From: Kiritimatiellia bacterium
GTDB lineage: Bacteria; Verrucomicrobiota; Kiritimatiellia; RFP12; UBA1067
NCBI GenBank assembly: GCA_024405335.1
Contig: JAKSOX010000001.1
Coordinates: forward strand, 1 to 39,781
DNA: 39,781 nucleotides
Direction: 5' to 3'
Shown here: positions 8,493-16,849 of the stretch, one piece after another
Layout: each line of letters starts with the position of its first letter
Numbering within the stretch: position 1 is the stretch's first letter
The notes under the pieces: model-generated
What the model saw: the letters and a program-made list of their open reading frames with translations, nothing else
Databases searched by the model: none
Told to the model about the DNA's origin: nothing
Made by a program: the position numbers and the translations under genes

Positions 8493-9353
8493 ATGAAGAT
8501 TTCAGACATCGTCAGCTCCGGCCGTCCCAGTGTTTCGTTCGAGGTTTTTCCGCCCAGGAAGGACGCTCCGTTCGCGCCCGTCAAGGAAGTGGTGGCGCGG
8601 TTGTGCCGCGCCAAGCCGTCCTTCATGTCCGTCACCTACGGCGCCAGCGGCAACGCGCAGGCGAACACGGCCGAGATGGCGGAATTCGTCCAGGCGCAGG
8701 GCGTGCCCGCGCTCGCGCATCTCACGTGCCTCACGTCCACGCGTGACAGGATCGCGGACGAGATATCCGATCTCCGCCGCCGGGGCATCGAGAACGTGCT
8801 GTGCCTGCGCGGGGACCGTCCGCCGGACGCGACCGAACCGCCGCCCGAGCATTTCCGCCACGCGGCGGACCTCGTGCGCGCGCTCAGGCCGTCCACGTTC
8901 TGCCTGGGCGGCGCCTGCTATCCCGAGTGCCACCCGGAATGCGCGCATTTCCAGGACGACGTCGCGCACCTCAAGGAGAAGGTGGACGCGGGGCTCGACT
9001 TCCTCACCACGCAGATGTTCTTCGACAACAACGTCTACTTCCACTACCTCGCGCGGTTGCGCAACGCGGGCGTGACCGTGCCCGTGCTGGCGGGCATCAT
9101 GCCCGTGACGAACGGCAGGCAGATCGCGCGCATCTGCAAGCTGTCCGGCACCGTGCTGCCGCCGCGTTTCCGCGCGATCGTGGACCGTTTCGGCGACGAC
9201 GCCGAAGCGATGACGTCCGCCGGCGTCGTCTACGCGACGGAGCAGATCGTGGACCTCTTCGCGAACGGGGTGAACGCCGTGCACGTGTACACGATGAACA
9301 AGCCGGACGTCGCCGAGCGCATCATGGCGAATCTGAAGGGCGTCGTGTCGTGA
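8493..9353 (+). CDS. metF: Methylenetetrahydrofolate reductase MetF
   Basis: Motifs are SFEVFPPRK and VTYGASG, with the length and overall pattern typical of MetF. The ATG at 8448 in the ORF track would run through the promoter element, so ATG 8493 is preferred. Confidence 0.8.
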   Translation: MKISDIVSSGRPSVSFEVFPPRKDAPFAPVKEVVARLCRAKPSFMSVTYGASGNAQANTAEMAEFVQAQGVPALAHLTCLTSTRDRIADEISDLRRRGIENVLCLRGDRPPDATEPPPEHFRHAADLVRALRPSTFCLGGACYPECHPECAHFQDDVAHLKEKVDAGLDFLTTQMFFDNNVYFHYLARLRNAGVTVPVLAGIMPVTNGRQIARICKLSGTVLPPRFRAIVDRFGDDAEAMTSAGVVYATEQIVDLFANGVNAVHVYTMNKPDVAERIMANLKGVVS

Positions 9354-10102
9354 GCGCGTCCGGACTGTACGACACGCATGCGCACTTTCCGGGCGATCCG
9401 GACGAAATCGCGGCGATCCTGAAGCGCGCCCGCGCGGCCGGCGTGGAGCGGCTGATGGCCGTGGGCGGTTCTCCCGAGTTGAACGGCGCGGCGCTCAAGG
9501 CCGCGGAAATCGCGGCGGCGGATCCGGACGCCGCGCCGCGCGTGGTGGTGGCGCTCGGCACGGACCGCGACCAGCCCGGTCTGCTGCCGGTGGAAGGAAC
9601 ACGCGCCGCCGTGGGCGAAATAGGCCTCGATTTCCACTATTCTCCCGAGACGGCACCGGCGCAGGAAAAGCTGTTCGCCGCCCAGCTCGAAGAAGCCAAG
9701 CGGCTCGGGCTGCCGGTCGTGATCCACACGCGCGACGCGGACGACGCCACCCTGGGCGTGCTGGACGAGACGGATTCGCATTTTGGCGTGATCCACTGCT
9801 TCACGGGATCCGTGCCGTTCGAAAAGAAGCTGCTGGACCGCGGCTTCCACGTGTCGATTTCCGGCATCGTCACGTTCCGCGCCGCGGAAAACGTGCGCGA
9901 CGCCGCGCGCTACGCGCCGGACGACCGTTTGCTGGTCGAGACGGATTCGCCGTTTCTGGCGCCCGTGCCGATGCGCGGCCAGGCGAACGAGCCGGCGTTC
10001 CTCGTCCACACGGCCGCTTTCCTCGCCGACCTCCGCGGCACGACGCCAGAAGCGCTCGCGCTTCTCACCACGGCAAACGCCGTCGAATTGTTAGGAGCAT
10101 GA
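9350..10102 (+). CDS. TatD-family metal-dependent hydrolase/DNase
   Basis: Motifs present are DTHAHF, EIGLDFHY, VVIHTRDA, IHCFTG and ETDSPFLAP. The GTG start overlaps the metF stop (GTGA). Confidence 0.75.
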   Translation: MSASGLYDTHAHFPGDPDEIAAILKRARAAGVERLMAVGGSPELNGAALKAAEIAAADPDAAPRVVVALGTDRDQPGLLPVEGTRAAVGEIGLDFHYSPETAPAQEKLFAAQLEEAKRLGLPVVIHTRDADDATLGVLDETDSHFGVIHCFTGSVPFEKKLLDRGFHVSISGIVTFRAAENVRDAARYAPDDRLLVETDSPFLAPVPMRGQANEPAFLVHTAAFLADLRGTTPEALALLTTANAVELLGA

Positions 10103-10104
10103 CC

Positions 10105-11217
10105 ATGAAAAGACGCGATTTTCTGAAAGCGGCCGGCGGCGCCGCGATTTGGGCGGGGTTCGGCGGACGCGCGGCGGACGCGCGCGAACTTCCCGCGCTG
10201 AAGGCGGCGATGGACGATTTCGTCGCCAAAAAGCTCTACGGCGGCCTCGTGTGCGCCTCCAACCGCGGCGACCTCGTTTGCGCGGGTCGTCGCACGCTCG
10301 ATCCCGCGGACGGCCCCGTCACGGCGCATTCGCTGTTCGATCTCGCGTCCGTCGGCAAAACGCATACGGCCGCGTTGTGCGCGTTGTTGCACGCGCAGGG
10401 GAAGCTCGATCCGGACGCCCCGTTCACCGAATACCTCACCGAGCACGTGCTCGCGAAGGAAAACTGCAAGATCACGGTGCGCGACCTGGCGACGCATTCC
10501 GGCGGTTTCGACAACGCGAAACCCTACATGGTTCCAGATCCGAAGAAGATGATGGCGGCGCTGTACGCGAAGCGTCCGGTGCGTTCGCGCGGGGAGAAGT
10601 TCCACTACGCCTGCTCCAACTTCGCGTACTTGGGGCTGATCGTCGAAAAGCTGACGGGACTCGACCTCGATGCAGCGGCCAGGAAGATGCTTTGGGGACC
10701 GCTCGGGATGGCGCACACCACCTGGAACGAAATCGTGGGCAATTCGGACGCCGTCGAATTCGCGCCGTCCACTTACGAGGGACCGAAGCGCAAAATCGGC
10801 GAGCACAATGACGTGTGCTGCCTTTACGCGAAGCGTCCGATGGGCAACGGCAGCAACTTTTCGTGCGCTCCGGACATGCTCAAATTCGTGACGGATCTGC
10901 TCGAGCGCAAGCGCTTCCCGAAAGCGTACTACGACCTCTTGTTCACGCCGTGTTTCGAGAGGGACGGCGTCCGTCGCAGTTTCGGCTGGGACATGCGCGG
11001 CACTTCTCCGCACACCTCCGCATGGGGTGAGTCGAAATTTTCGGACGCTGCCATCAGCCACGTCGGATGGACAGGCCCCGCGATTATGGTGGATCCAAAA
11101 CGCGGCTTCGCGGGCGTCGTTTTGGGCAGCCAGGAGGGCGGCAAGGACAAAACGATGGGTCCGCGCATGCGACTGCTGGAAATCATGGCCGCAACCGATT
11201 TTTCCTTCGGGTTGTGA
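10105..11217 (+). CDS. Exported serine hydrolase of the beta-lactamase/transpeptidase-like family (class C-like)
   Basis: It has a Tat-type signal (KRRDFLKAAGGAA), the SxxK motif ASVGKT, and the YxN motif YACSNF. ATG 10105 lies 7 nt after AGGAG; ATG 10099 is an alternative start. Confidence 0.7.
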   Translation: MKRRDFLKAAGGAAIWAGFGGRAADARELPALKAAMDDFVAKKLYGGLVCASNRGDLVCAGRRTLDPADGPVTAHSLFDLASVGKTHTAALCALLHAQGKLDPDAPFTEYLTEHVLAKENCKITVRDLATHSGGFDNAKPYMVPDPKKMMAALYAKRPVRSRGEKFHYACSNFAYLGLIVEKLTGLDLDAAARKMLWGPLGMAHTTWNEIVGNSDAVEFAPSTYEGPKRKIGEHNDVCCLYAKRPMGNGSNFSCAPDMLKFVTDLLERKRFPKAYYDLLFTPCFERDGVRRSFGWDMRGTSPHTSAWGESKFSDAAISHVGWTGPAIMVDPKRGFAGVVLGSQEGGKDKTMGPRMRLLEIMAATDFSFGL

Positions 11218-11234
11218 TGTGCGCCGCCAGTTTG

Positions 11235-11243
11235 TGGTATAAT
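11235..11243 (+). promoter_or_regulatory. Extended -10 element TGGTATAAT
   Basis: The motif tttGTGGTATAAT ends 7 nt before ATG 11251, a leaderless geometry. Confidence 0.55.
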
Positions 11244-11250
11244 CCGCGCC

Positions 11251-13824
11251 ATGAACAAAGCGACGATCATTTTCGGGGCCGTGGCGACGCTGGGCGTCTT
11301 CGCGGCGGGGGCGTTTGAAGTCGAGCAGGTGATGCGCGCGCCGCGCTACACGCGCGGCGACACCAACATCCGCAAAGTGCAGGCGATCGACCACGCGGAC
11401 TGGATCTGGTTTCCGGGCTGCGCCACCGACACGCCGTTCGTGGGCAAGCCGCGCACGTTCCGTTTCCGCCGCGCGTTTACGTCCGACGGTTCGCCGCTCA
11501 CGTTCGACGTCTCCGCGGACGAGCGCTACGTGCTCGTGCTCGACGGCAAGGTGGTCGGGCGCGGTCCCGACCGCGCCGCCACGGTCGAAAACTGGATGTA
11601 CAACTCGTACCGCGTGAAGGGACTCGCGGCCGGTCCGCACGTGCTGGAGGCCGTGTGCTGGACGCATTGGGGACAGGCCCCGCTCGCGCAGATCACCTAC
11701 CGCGGCGGGTTCGTGCTGAAAGCGGAAGGCGTCTACGACGCCGCGCTTTCCACGCGCAACACGGCCGGCAAGGAACAGGGCATCGACATCGTGGTGGCGG
11801 ACGAGCTCGGCAAGTCGAAAAAGGTGCTTTCCAGCGGCTGGGAAGTGGGCGAGATCGTCAAGGGCTGGAAGCTCTACAACGGCGGCCCGTCGGTGTGGGG
11901 GTGCGGTCTCACGCTGGACCTGACGGGGTGCGGATTCCTCGAGATGCAGCCCGAAAAGTGGGCGAAGGCGGAAGTGGTGGCCCACGGCGCCGGCGCCACC
12001 CCGAAGTACATCTGGGGAGGCCGCAACTGGGGCTGGATGCTCTTCCCGACGCAATTGCCCGCGCAGCTCGACCGCCGGATCACCCCCGGACGGTTCGTGG
12101 CCGGCATGGACAAGGTTTCCACCGAGGCGGACCTCTACGCGCAGGAGGGCACGCGCCATCCCGCGGTGGCGCGGCTGAACGCGCTGCTGAAGGACGGCAA
12201 GAAGTGGACCGTGCCCGCGAACGCGGAAGTGAGCGCGTGCTGGCAGCTGGGCGACTACTACGGCGCGTATCCGCACCTCGTGGTTTCCGGCGGCAAGGGC
12301 GCCGTGGTGCGTTGGGGCTGGGCCGAAAGCCTCTACACGAAGGAAGGCGAAAAGAACGTCCGCTCGCAGTTCGTCGGCAAGCGCTTCATCGGCACCTTCG
12401 ACACGTTCCGCATGGACGGCCGCCCGCGCGCGACGTTCAACGTGCAGTGGTGGCGTTGCGGCTGCTGGTGCGAGCTCAAGATCAAGACGGCGGACGAACC
12501 GCTGACGTTCGAGGAAATCGCGATCGACGAAACGCGCTACCCGCTCGAACCCGAATGCTCCTTCGCCTGCGACGACCAGTCCTTCGGCCCGATCCAGAAG
12601 ATCTGCACGCGCGTGATGCAGAGCTGCAGCCACGAAATGCTCTTCGACGGCCCGTTCTACGAGCAGCAGATGTATCCCGGCGACACGCGCGTGCAGCTGC
12701 TGTCGCTTTCCGCGCTGTCGCGCGACGACCGCATGATCCGCCGCGCGATCGAGGTGTTCGACTTCGGCCAGCGCGACGACGGCCAGGTGCCGTTCAACGC
12801 GCCCACGCAGGGCACGCAGGAGGGCGCCACCTACACGCAGTGCTGGCTGCTGATGCACGGCGACTACGCCATGTACCACGACAACTTCGACTGGCTCAAG
12901 GCGCGTCTGCCGGCGATGCGCAAGGCGCTGAGCGGATTCGAACTCTACGAGAACGGGGCGGGGCTGCTGGCGGCGCTGCCGGGCTGGAATTTCATGGACT
13001 GGGACAAGAACTGGACGGCAGGCACGGCGCCCGGCGCCTACGCCGGCGAGGGTCCGTCCTCGCTGGTGAACCTCTTCTACGTGCTCGACCTGCAATCCGC
13101 CGCCAAGGCCGAGCGCGCGTGCGGAAACGAAACGATGGCGCGCGCGTGGGAGTCGAAAATCCCCGCGCTCAAGAAGGCGATCCTCGACGCGTTCTGGGAC
13201 GAATCGACGGGCATGCTCCTGGACGTTCCGGCCGAGACGAAGGACGGCAAGACCCTGAAGACGCGCAGCGAGCACGCGCAGGTGCTCGGCATCGTGTCCG
13301 GCGTGCTCGAGGGCGACCGCGCGAAGCGCGCGTTCGACGCGATGCTCGCGGTGAAGGACGATCCGAAATTCGCGCGCTGCACGGTGTACTTCTCGCATTA
13401 CCTGTTCCAGGCGTGCTTCCTGATGAACCGCGCGGACTGCGTGATGAAGCGGCTGGACCTCTGGCGCACGTACGTGGACCAGGGCTGCGCCACCACGATC
13501 GAGCATCCCGAGTGGAAGGGCCACGTGTCTCGCAGCGACTGCCATGCGTGGGGATCGCATCCGCTCTACTGGATGCAGGCCGGTTTCGCGGGCGTGACGC
13601 CGGCGAAACCGGCGTTCGCGGAAGTGCGCGTGGCGCCGCAGCCGGCGGGGCTCAAGTTCATCCGCGCGAAAGTGCCGCACCCGAAGGGCTTCGTGGAAGA
13701 GGATCTCGCGTTCGATGGCGGCGTCGCCAATGGCGTGGTCACGCTGCCGGAAGGCGTCGCGGGCACGTTCGCGTTCGGCGGCAAAACGCTCGCCCTGAAA
13801 CCCGGCAAGAACGAAATCAAGTGA
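11251..13824 (+). CDS. Secreted (alpha/alpha)6 glycoside hydrolase, GH78 alpha-L-rhamnosidase-like
   Basis: It has a signal peptide. The N-terminal pattern DWIWFPG...FRFRRAF...YVLVLDGKVVGRG is typical of rhamnosidase N-domains. Later motifs are YEQQMYPGDTR and DCHAWGSHPLYW. The family was assigned by eye only. Confidence 0.55.
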   Translation: MNKATIIFGAVATLGVFAAGAFEVEQVMRAPRYTRGDTNIRKVQAIDHADWIWFPGCATDTPFVGKPRTFRFRRAFTSDGSPLTFDVSADERYVLVLDGKVVGRGPDRAATVENWMYNSYRVKGLAAGPHVLEAVCWTHWGQAPLAQITYRGGFVLKAEGVYDAALSTRNTAGKEQGIDIVVADELGKSKKVLSSGWEVGEIVKGWKLYNGGPSVWGCGLTLDLTGCGFLEMQPEKWAKAEVVAHGAGATPKYIWGGRNWGWMLFPTQLPAQLDRRITPGRFVAGMDKVSTEADLYAQEGTRHPAVARLNALLKDGKKWTVPANAEVSACWQLGDYYGAYPHLVVSGGKGAVVRWGWAESLYTKEGEKNVRSQFVGKRFIGTFDTFRMDGRPRATFNVQWWRCGCWCELKIKTADEPLTFEEIAIDETRYPLEPECSFACDDQSFGPIQKICTRVMQSCSHEMLFDGPFYEQQMYPGDTRVQLLSLSALSRDDRMIRRAIEVFDFGQRDDGQVPFNAPTQGTQEGATYTQCWLLMHGDYAMYHDNFDWLKARLPAMRKALSGFELYENGAGLLAALPGWNFMDWDKNWTAGTAPGAYAGEGPSSLVNLFYVLDLQSAAKAERACGNETMARAWESKIPALKKAILDAFWDESTGMLLDVPAETKDGKTLKTRSEHAQVLGIVSGVLEGDRAKRAFDAMLAVKDDPKFARCTVYFSHYLFQACFLMNRADCVMKRLDLWRTYVDQGCATTIEHPEWKGHVSRSDCHAWGSHPLYWMQAGFAGVTPAKPAFAEVRVAPQPAGLKFIRAKVPHPKGFVEEDLAFDGGVANGVVTLPEGVAGTFAFGGKTLALKPGKNEIK

Positions 13825-13834
13825 GGCGTCTGGC

Positions 13835-16585
13835 ATGAATACCACCTTCGCGTTCGTCGCATTTTCGACGGTGCTGCTGGCGCTTTCCGCGCGGGGCGCG
13901 ATTTCGGTCCGCTGCGACCATCCCGGCGGCAACGTGACGGTGCTCGGCGTCGACGAGGCGGCAGGCGTCGTGCGCGTCGAACCCGATTTGCGCGACACGC
14001 AGGGTTCGTGGTTCCACTTCGACTTCACCGTGTCGGGCGCCGCCGGGCGCAAGTTGCATTTCGCCTTTCCGGAGGGCGATTTCCAATACCTTTCGTCGCT
14101 CGGTCCCGCCATCAGCCGCGACGGGGGACGCACCTGGCGATGGCTCAACGCGGACGGCCGTCGGCACGAACCGGCGAACGCTTTCGACTACGCGTTCGCG
14201 GCGGACGAAAACGAAACGCGCTTCGCCATGTCCATCCCCTATTCGCAGAAGGATTGGGATGCGTTCGTCGCCCCGTACCGCGCACGCAAGGACGTGACGT
14301 TCGGCGCGCTCTGCAAATCGCGCGGCGGCACGCGCGACGTCGAGTTCGCGCGGTTGCCATGCCACGGCCGCGCGGAGTGGCTCTTCGTGTTGACCGCACG
14401 CCACCACGCCTGCGAAACCACGGGAAATCCGCCGATGGAAGGCGCGTTCGCGCTGGCGCTGGGCGATTCGCCGGAAGCCGCCTGGCTGCGCGCGCACGCG
14501 GACTGCTGGTTCGTGCCGTTCGTGGACAAGGACGGCGTGGAGGAGGGCGACCAGGGCAAGAACCGCAAGCCGTACGACCACAACCGGGACTACGCCAAGG
14601 GACGCTACCCGAGCGTCCGGGCGATCAAAGAGCTGGTGGTGCGCGAATCGGCGGGCAAGCGCATCGTGTTCCTCGATCTGCACTCGCCGTGGGTGCGCAG
14701 CTCGCCGTCGAGTCCCGAGCAGGACCAGGCGTTCACCTTCGGGGCGGACGACCCCGCGCTGAACGCGCACTGGAACGCGTTCCGCGAGCATTGGAAGAAG
14801 TCTCAGCGCGGCGGCAAGCTCGTCTACGACGGCCGTTACGACATCCAGGCCCGCCAGGGGTACTGGAACTTGATGAAGAAGCAGTGGGACGCGGGGTACT
14901 TGTCGTCCGACGCCTGGGTGCGCACGCTGACGAACGCCTGGCTCGCCACGTGCTGCGAATTCGGCTATTCGCTGTGCGGCGGCGTAAATTCCGTTCCCGC
15001 CATGCGCGAACTCGGCGGCAACATGTTCAAGGCGGCGATCCGCACGGCCAGCGACGCGGAGGGCGCGCGCGTCGTGAGCTTCAAGGACGCGCACAAGATA
15101 AAAAGCTGGGACGCCTGGGGCGATCACGTGCAGAAAGCGGCCGTCACGAACATGCTCCAGAAGGAGCAGCCGTGCGTGACCTGGCGGCGGCTCAACGCGC
15201 TCGATTTCGGCCTGAAGGAAATCGGCCGCCTCGCGACGCGCACGTCGGACCAGATCAAGGGCTCCAAGTGGTCCGTGGGCTGCGAAACGATGGACCGCGA
15301 CTACGCCGAATGGGACAGCTACAAGGCGCTTCTGCCGATGCTCGGCGTCAAGCACGCGCGGTTCTTCTCGGGCTGGGCCAAGACGGAGCAGGAGAAGGGC
15401 GTCTACGACTTCTCCTGGCTCGATCCGCAGATCCGCGAGTGCGCGGCGATGCAGATCAAGCCCTGGGTGTGCATCTCCTACGGCAACCCCGTGTGGGGCA
15501 GCGACTTCCGCCTGGGCATGCGCGTGAAGCAGGTCACGGGAAACCCCGAGGCGTTCGCGGCGTGGATCCGCTACGTGAAGGCGCTCGTCGCGCGCTACCG
15601 CGACGTGGTGGACGAGTGGGAGGTGTGGAACGAGCCGTTCGGCCAGGCGGCGGAGTACGCCGAACTGTTTTTGCGCACGGCGCGGGCCGTCCGCGAAGTG
15701 CAGCCCGAGGCGAAGATCTACTGCACGGCGATTTCGATGGCGAAGGACATGTCGAAGAGCGACTACGCGGTGGTGCTCGATAAGCTGAAGCGGGAGAACG
15801 CGCTCGATCTCGCGAGCTACTTCGTCTACCATCCGTATTCGCCGAATCCGGACGACAGCTACGAGGCCGGCGACGGACAATTCGGCTGGCAGATGGCAAT
15901 GCCGCTGCGGGAGTTCGTGAAGAGCTATTCGCCGGACTTCGACGTGATGCAGGGCGAGGTGGGGTGTCCGGCGCAGCTGGAATTCGCGCACGCGCTCAAC
16001 GGCATCGAATGGACGGAACATTCCCAGGCGAAGTGGGATCTTCGCCGCGCGATCGGCGACGCCGCGCGGGACGTTCCCTCCAGCGTGTTCACGATGATCG
16101 ACCTGCAGTACACCTTCATGTTGCAAAGTTTCGGCCTCGTGCGGTCGAATGCGCTCAAGGAATTCGTCTACCGCCGGCCAAAGTGGTACGCGATGCGCAA
16201 CGTGTACGCGCTTTTCGACGACGACACCAAACCGGCCGGTCTCGCGACGCGGTTGCCGGCGGCGATCGAGCGCCGAGCCGATCCGCGCGACGCCGCGCCG
16301 CGCACGCTGACGCGCGCGGACTTCAAACGCTTCGGCCGTTCGCTGCATCTTTTCTGGTATTCGGACGAACGGCCGTCGAACCGACTCGAATTCGATCGCG
16401 CGACGTTGCGCGTTCCCGACCGTCTGGACGCGCCCGTGTGGGTGGAGATGATCACGGGCCGCGTGGGCGAAATCGACGCGAAAAACGTGCGGATCGAGGG
16501 AAACGAAACCGTTCTTTCGGACGTTCCCACGTGGGATTCGCCGGTGCTGATAGCCGACCTCGCCGCCGTGCCGCTGGCGAAGTGA
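13835..16585 (+). CDS. Secreted two-domain protein: N-terminal M14 zinc-carboxypeptidase-like domain plus C-terminal clan GH-A TIM-barrel glycosidase
   Basis: It has a signal peptide. The M14-like ligand motifs are RHHACETTG (HxxE), DHNRDY and LDLHSP. The GH-A acid/base motif is EWEVWNEPF, and the candidate nucleophile is in MQGEVGCP. Confidence 0.6.
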   Translation: MNTTFAFVAFSTVLLALSARGAISVRCDHPGGNVTVLGVDEAAGVVRVEPDLRDTQGSWFHFDFTVSGAAGRKLHFAFPEGDFQYLSSLGPAISRDGGRTWRWLNADGRRHEPANAFDYAFAADENETRFAMSIPYSQKDWDAFVAPYRARKDVTFGALCKSRGGTRDVEFARLPCHGRAEWLFVLTARHHACETTGNPPMEGAFALALGDSPEAAWLRAHADCWFVPFVDKDGVEEGDQGKNRKPYDHNRDYAKGRYPSVRAIKELVVRESAGKRIVFLDLHSPWVRSSPSSPEQDQAFTFGADDPALNAHWNAFREHWKKSQRGGKLVYDGRYDIQARQGYWNLMKKQWDAGYLSSDAWVRTLTNAWLATCCEFGYSLCGGVNSVPAMRELGGNMFKAAIRTASDAEGARVVSFKDAHKIKSWDAWGDHVQKAAVTNMLQKEQPCVTWRRLNALDFGLKEIGRLATRTSDQIKGSKWSVGCETMDRDYAEWDSYKALLPMLGVKHARFFSGWAKTEQEKGVYDFSWLDPQIRECAAMQIKPWVCISYGNPVWGSDFRLGMRVKQVTGNPEAFAAWIRYVKALVARYRDVVDEWEVWNEPFGQAAEYAELFLRTARAVREVQPEAKIYCTAISMAKDMSKSDYAVVLDKLKRENALDLASYFVYHPYSPNPDDSYEAGDGQFGWQMAMPLREFVKSYSPDFDVMQGEVGCPAQLEFAHALNGIEWTEHSQAKWDLRRAIGDAARDVPSSVFTMIDLQYTFMLQSFGLVRSNALKEFVYRRPKWYAMRNVYALFDDDTKPAGLATRLPAAIERRADPRDAAPRTLTRADFKRFGRSLHLFWYSDERPSNRLEFDRATLRVPDRLDAPVWVEMITGRVGEIDAKNVRIEGNETVLSDVPTWDSPVLIADLAAVPLAK

Positions 16586-16698
16586 CCGCTCGGCCATTCG
16601 AGCCCGCGCCGCAATTCGCCGCCCGGGATGACAGGAACAACAGGAGCTGCTGAAACTGCCGGACAGTCGGCGAAACAAAGAGGGTCGCCGAAAAGAGT

Positions 16699-16728
16699 AA
16701 ATGCAACATCGCCGTAGGTGTTGCATTT
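16699..16728 (+). other. Perfect 10-bp inverted repeat AAATGCAACA-N10-TGTTGCATTT; either a terminator-like hairpin or an operator
   Basis: Read directly from the sequence. A third half-site, GTTGCAT, follows at about 16739-16745. The trailing TTTGATTG is only a weak U-tract. Confidence 0.4.
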
Positions 16729-16779
16729 GATTGCCGAAGTTGCATTCTCTTTGTCTTCTCACCCGGTGATCTCTTTTTT

Positions 16780-16799
16780 CGAAGTTTTTCGAAGTTTTT
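16780..16799 (+). repeat. Tandem direct repeat CGAAGTTTTT x2 (UP-element-like, about -55 to -36 relative to the predicted TSS)
   Basis: Read directly from the sequence: ttttttcgaagtttttcgaagtttttg. It is positioned just upstream of the -10 at 16823. Confidence 0.5.
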
Positions 16800-16819
16800 G
16801 CGTCCGGGCGGCGCGGACG

Positions 16820-16828
16820 TGGTATAAT
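16820..16828 (+). promoter_or_regulatory. Extended -10 element TGGTATAAT
   Basis: The motif ggaCGTGGTATAAT lies 21 nt upstream of ATG 16850, with a Shine-Dalgarno sequence (aaagga) in between. Confidence 0.55.
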
Positions 16829-16849
16829 GTCGGACGAAAGGATTTAAAA

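Noticed and set aside
9910-14148. A very long minus-strand ORF (1412 aa). Similar ones occur at 32793-36734, 18691-22569, 13817-16762, 23848-26445, 3856-6084 and 1702-3840.
   Set aside because: Their translations are Arg/His/Ala/Gly-rich low-complexity sequence with no family motifs. They lie antisense to + strand genes that have clear catalytic motifs. These are typical stop-codon-poor shadow ORFs of a high-GC genome.
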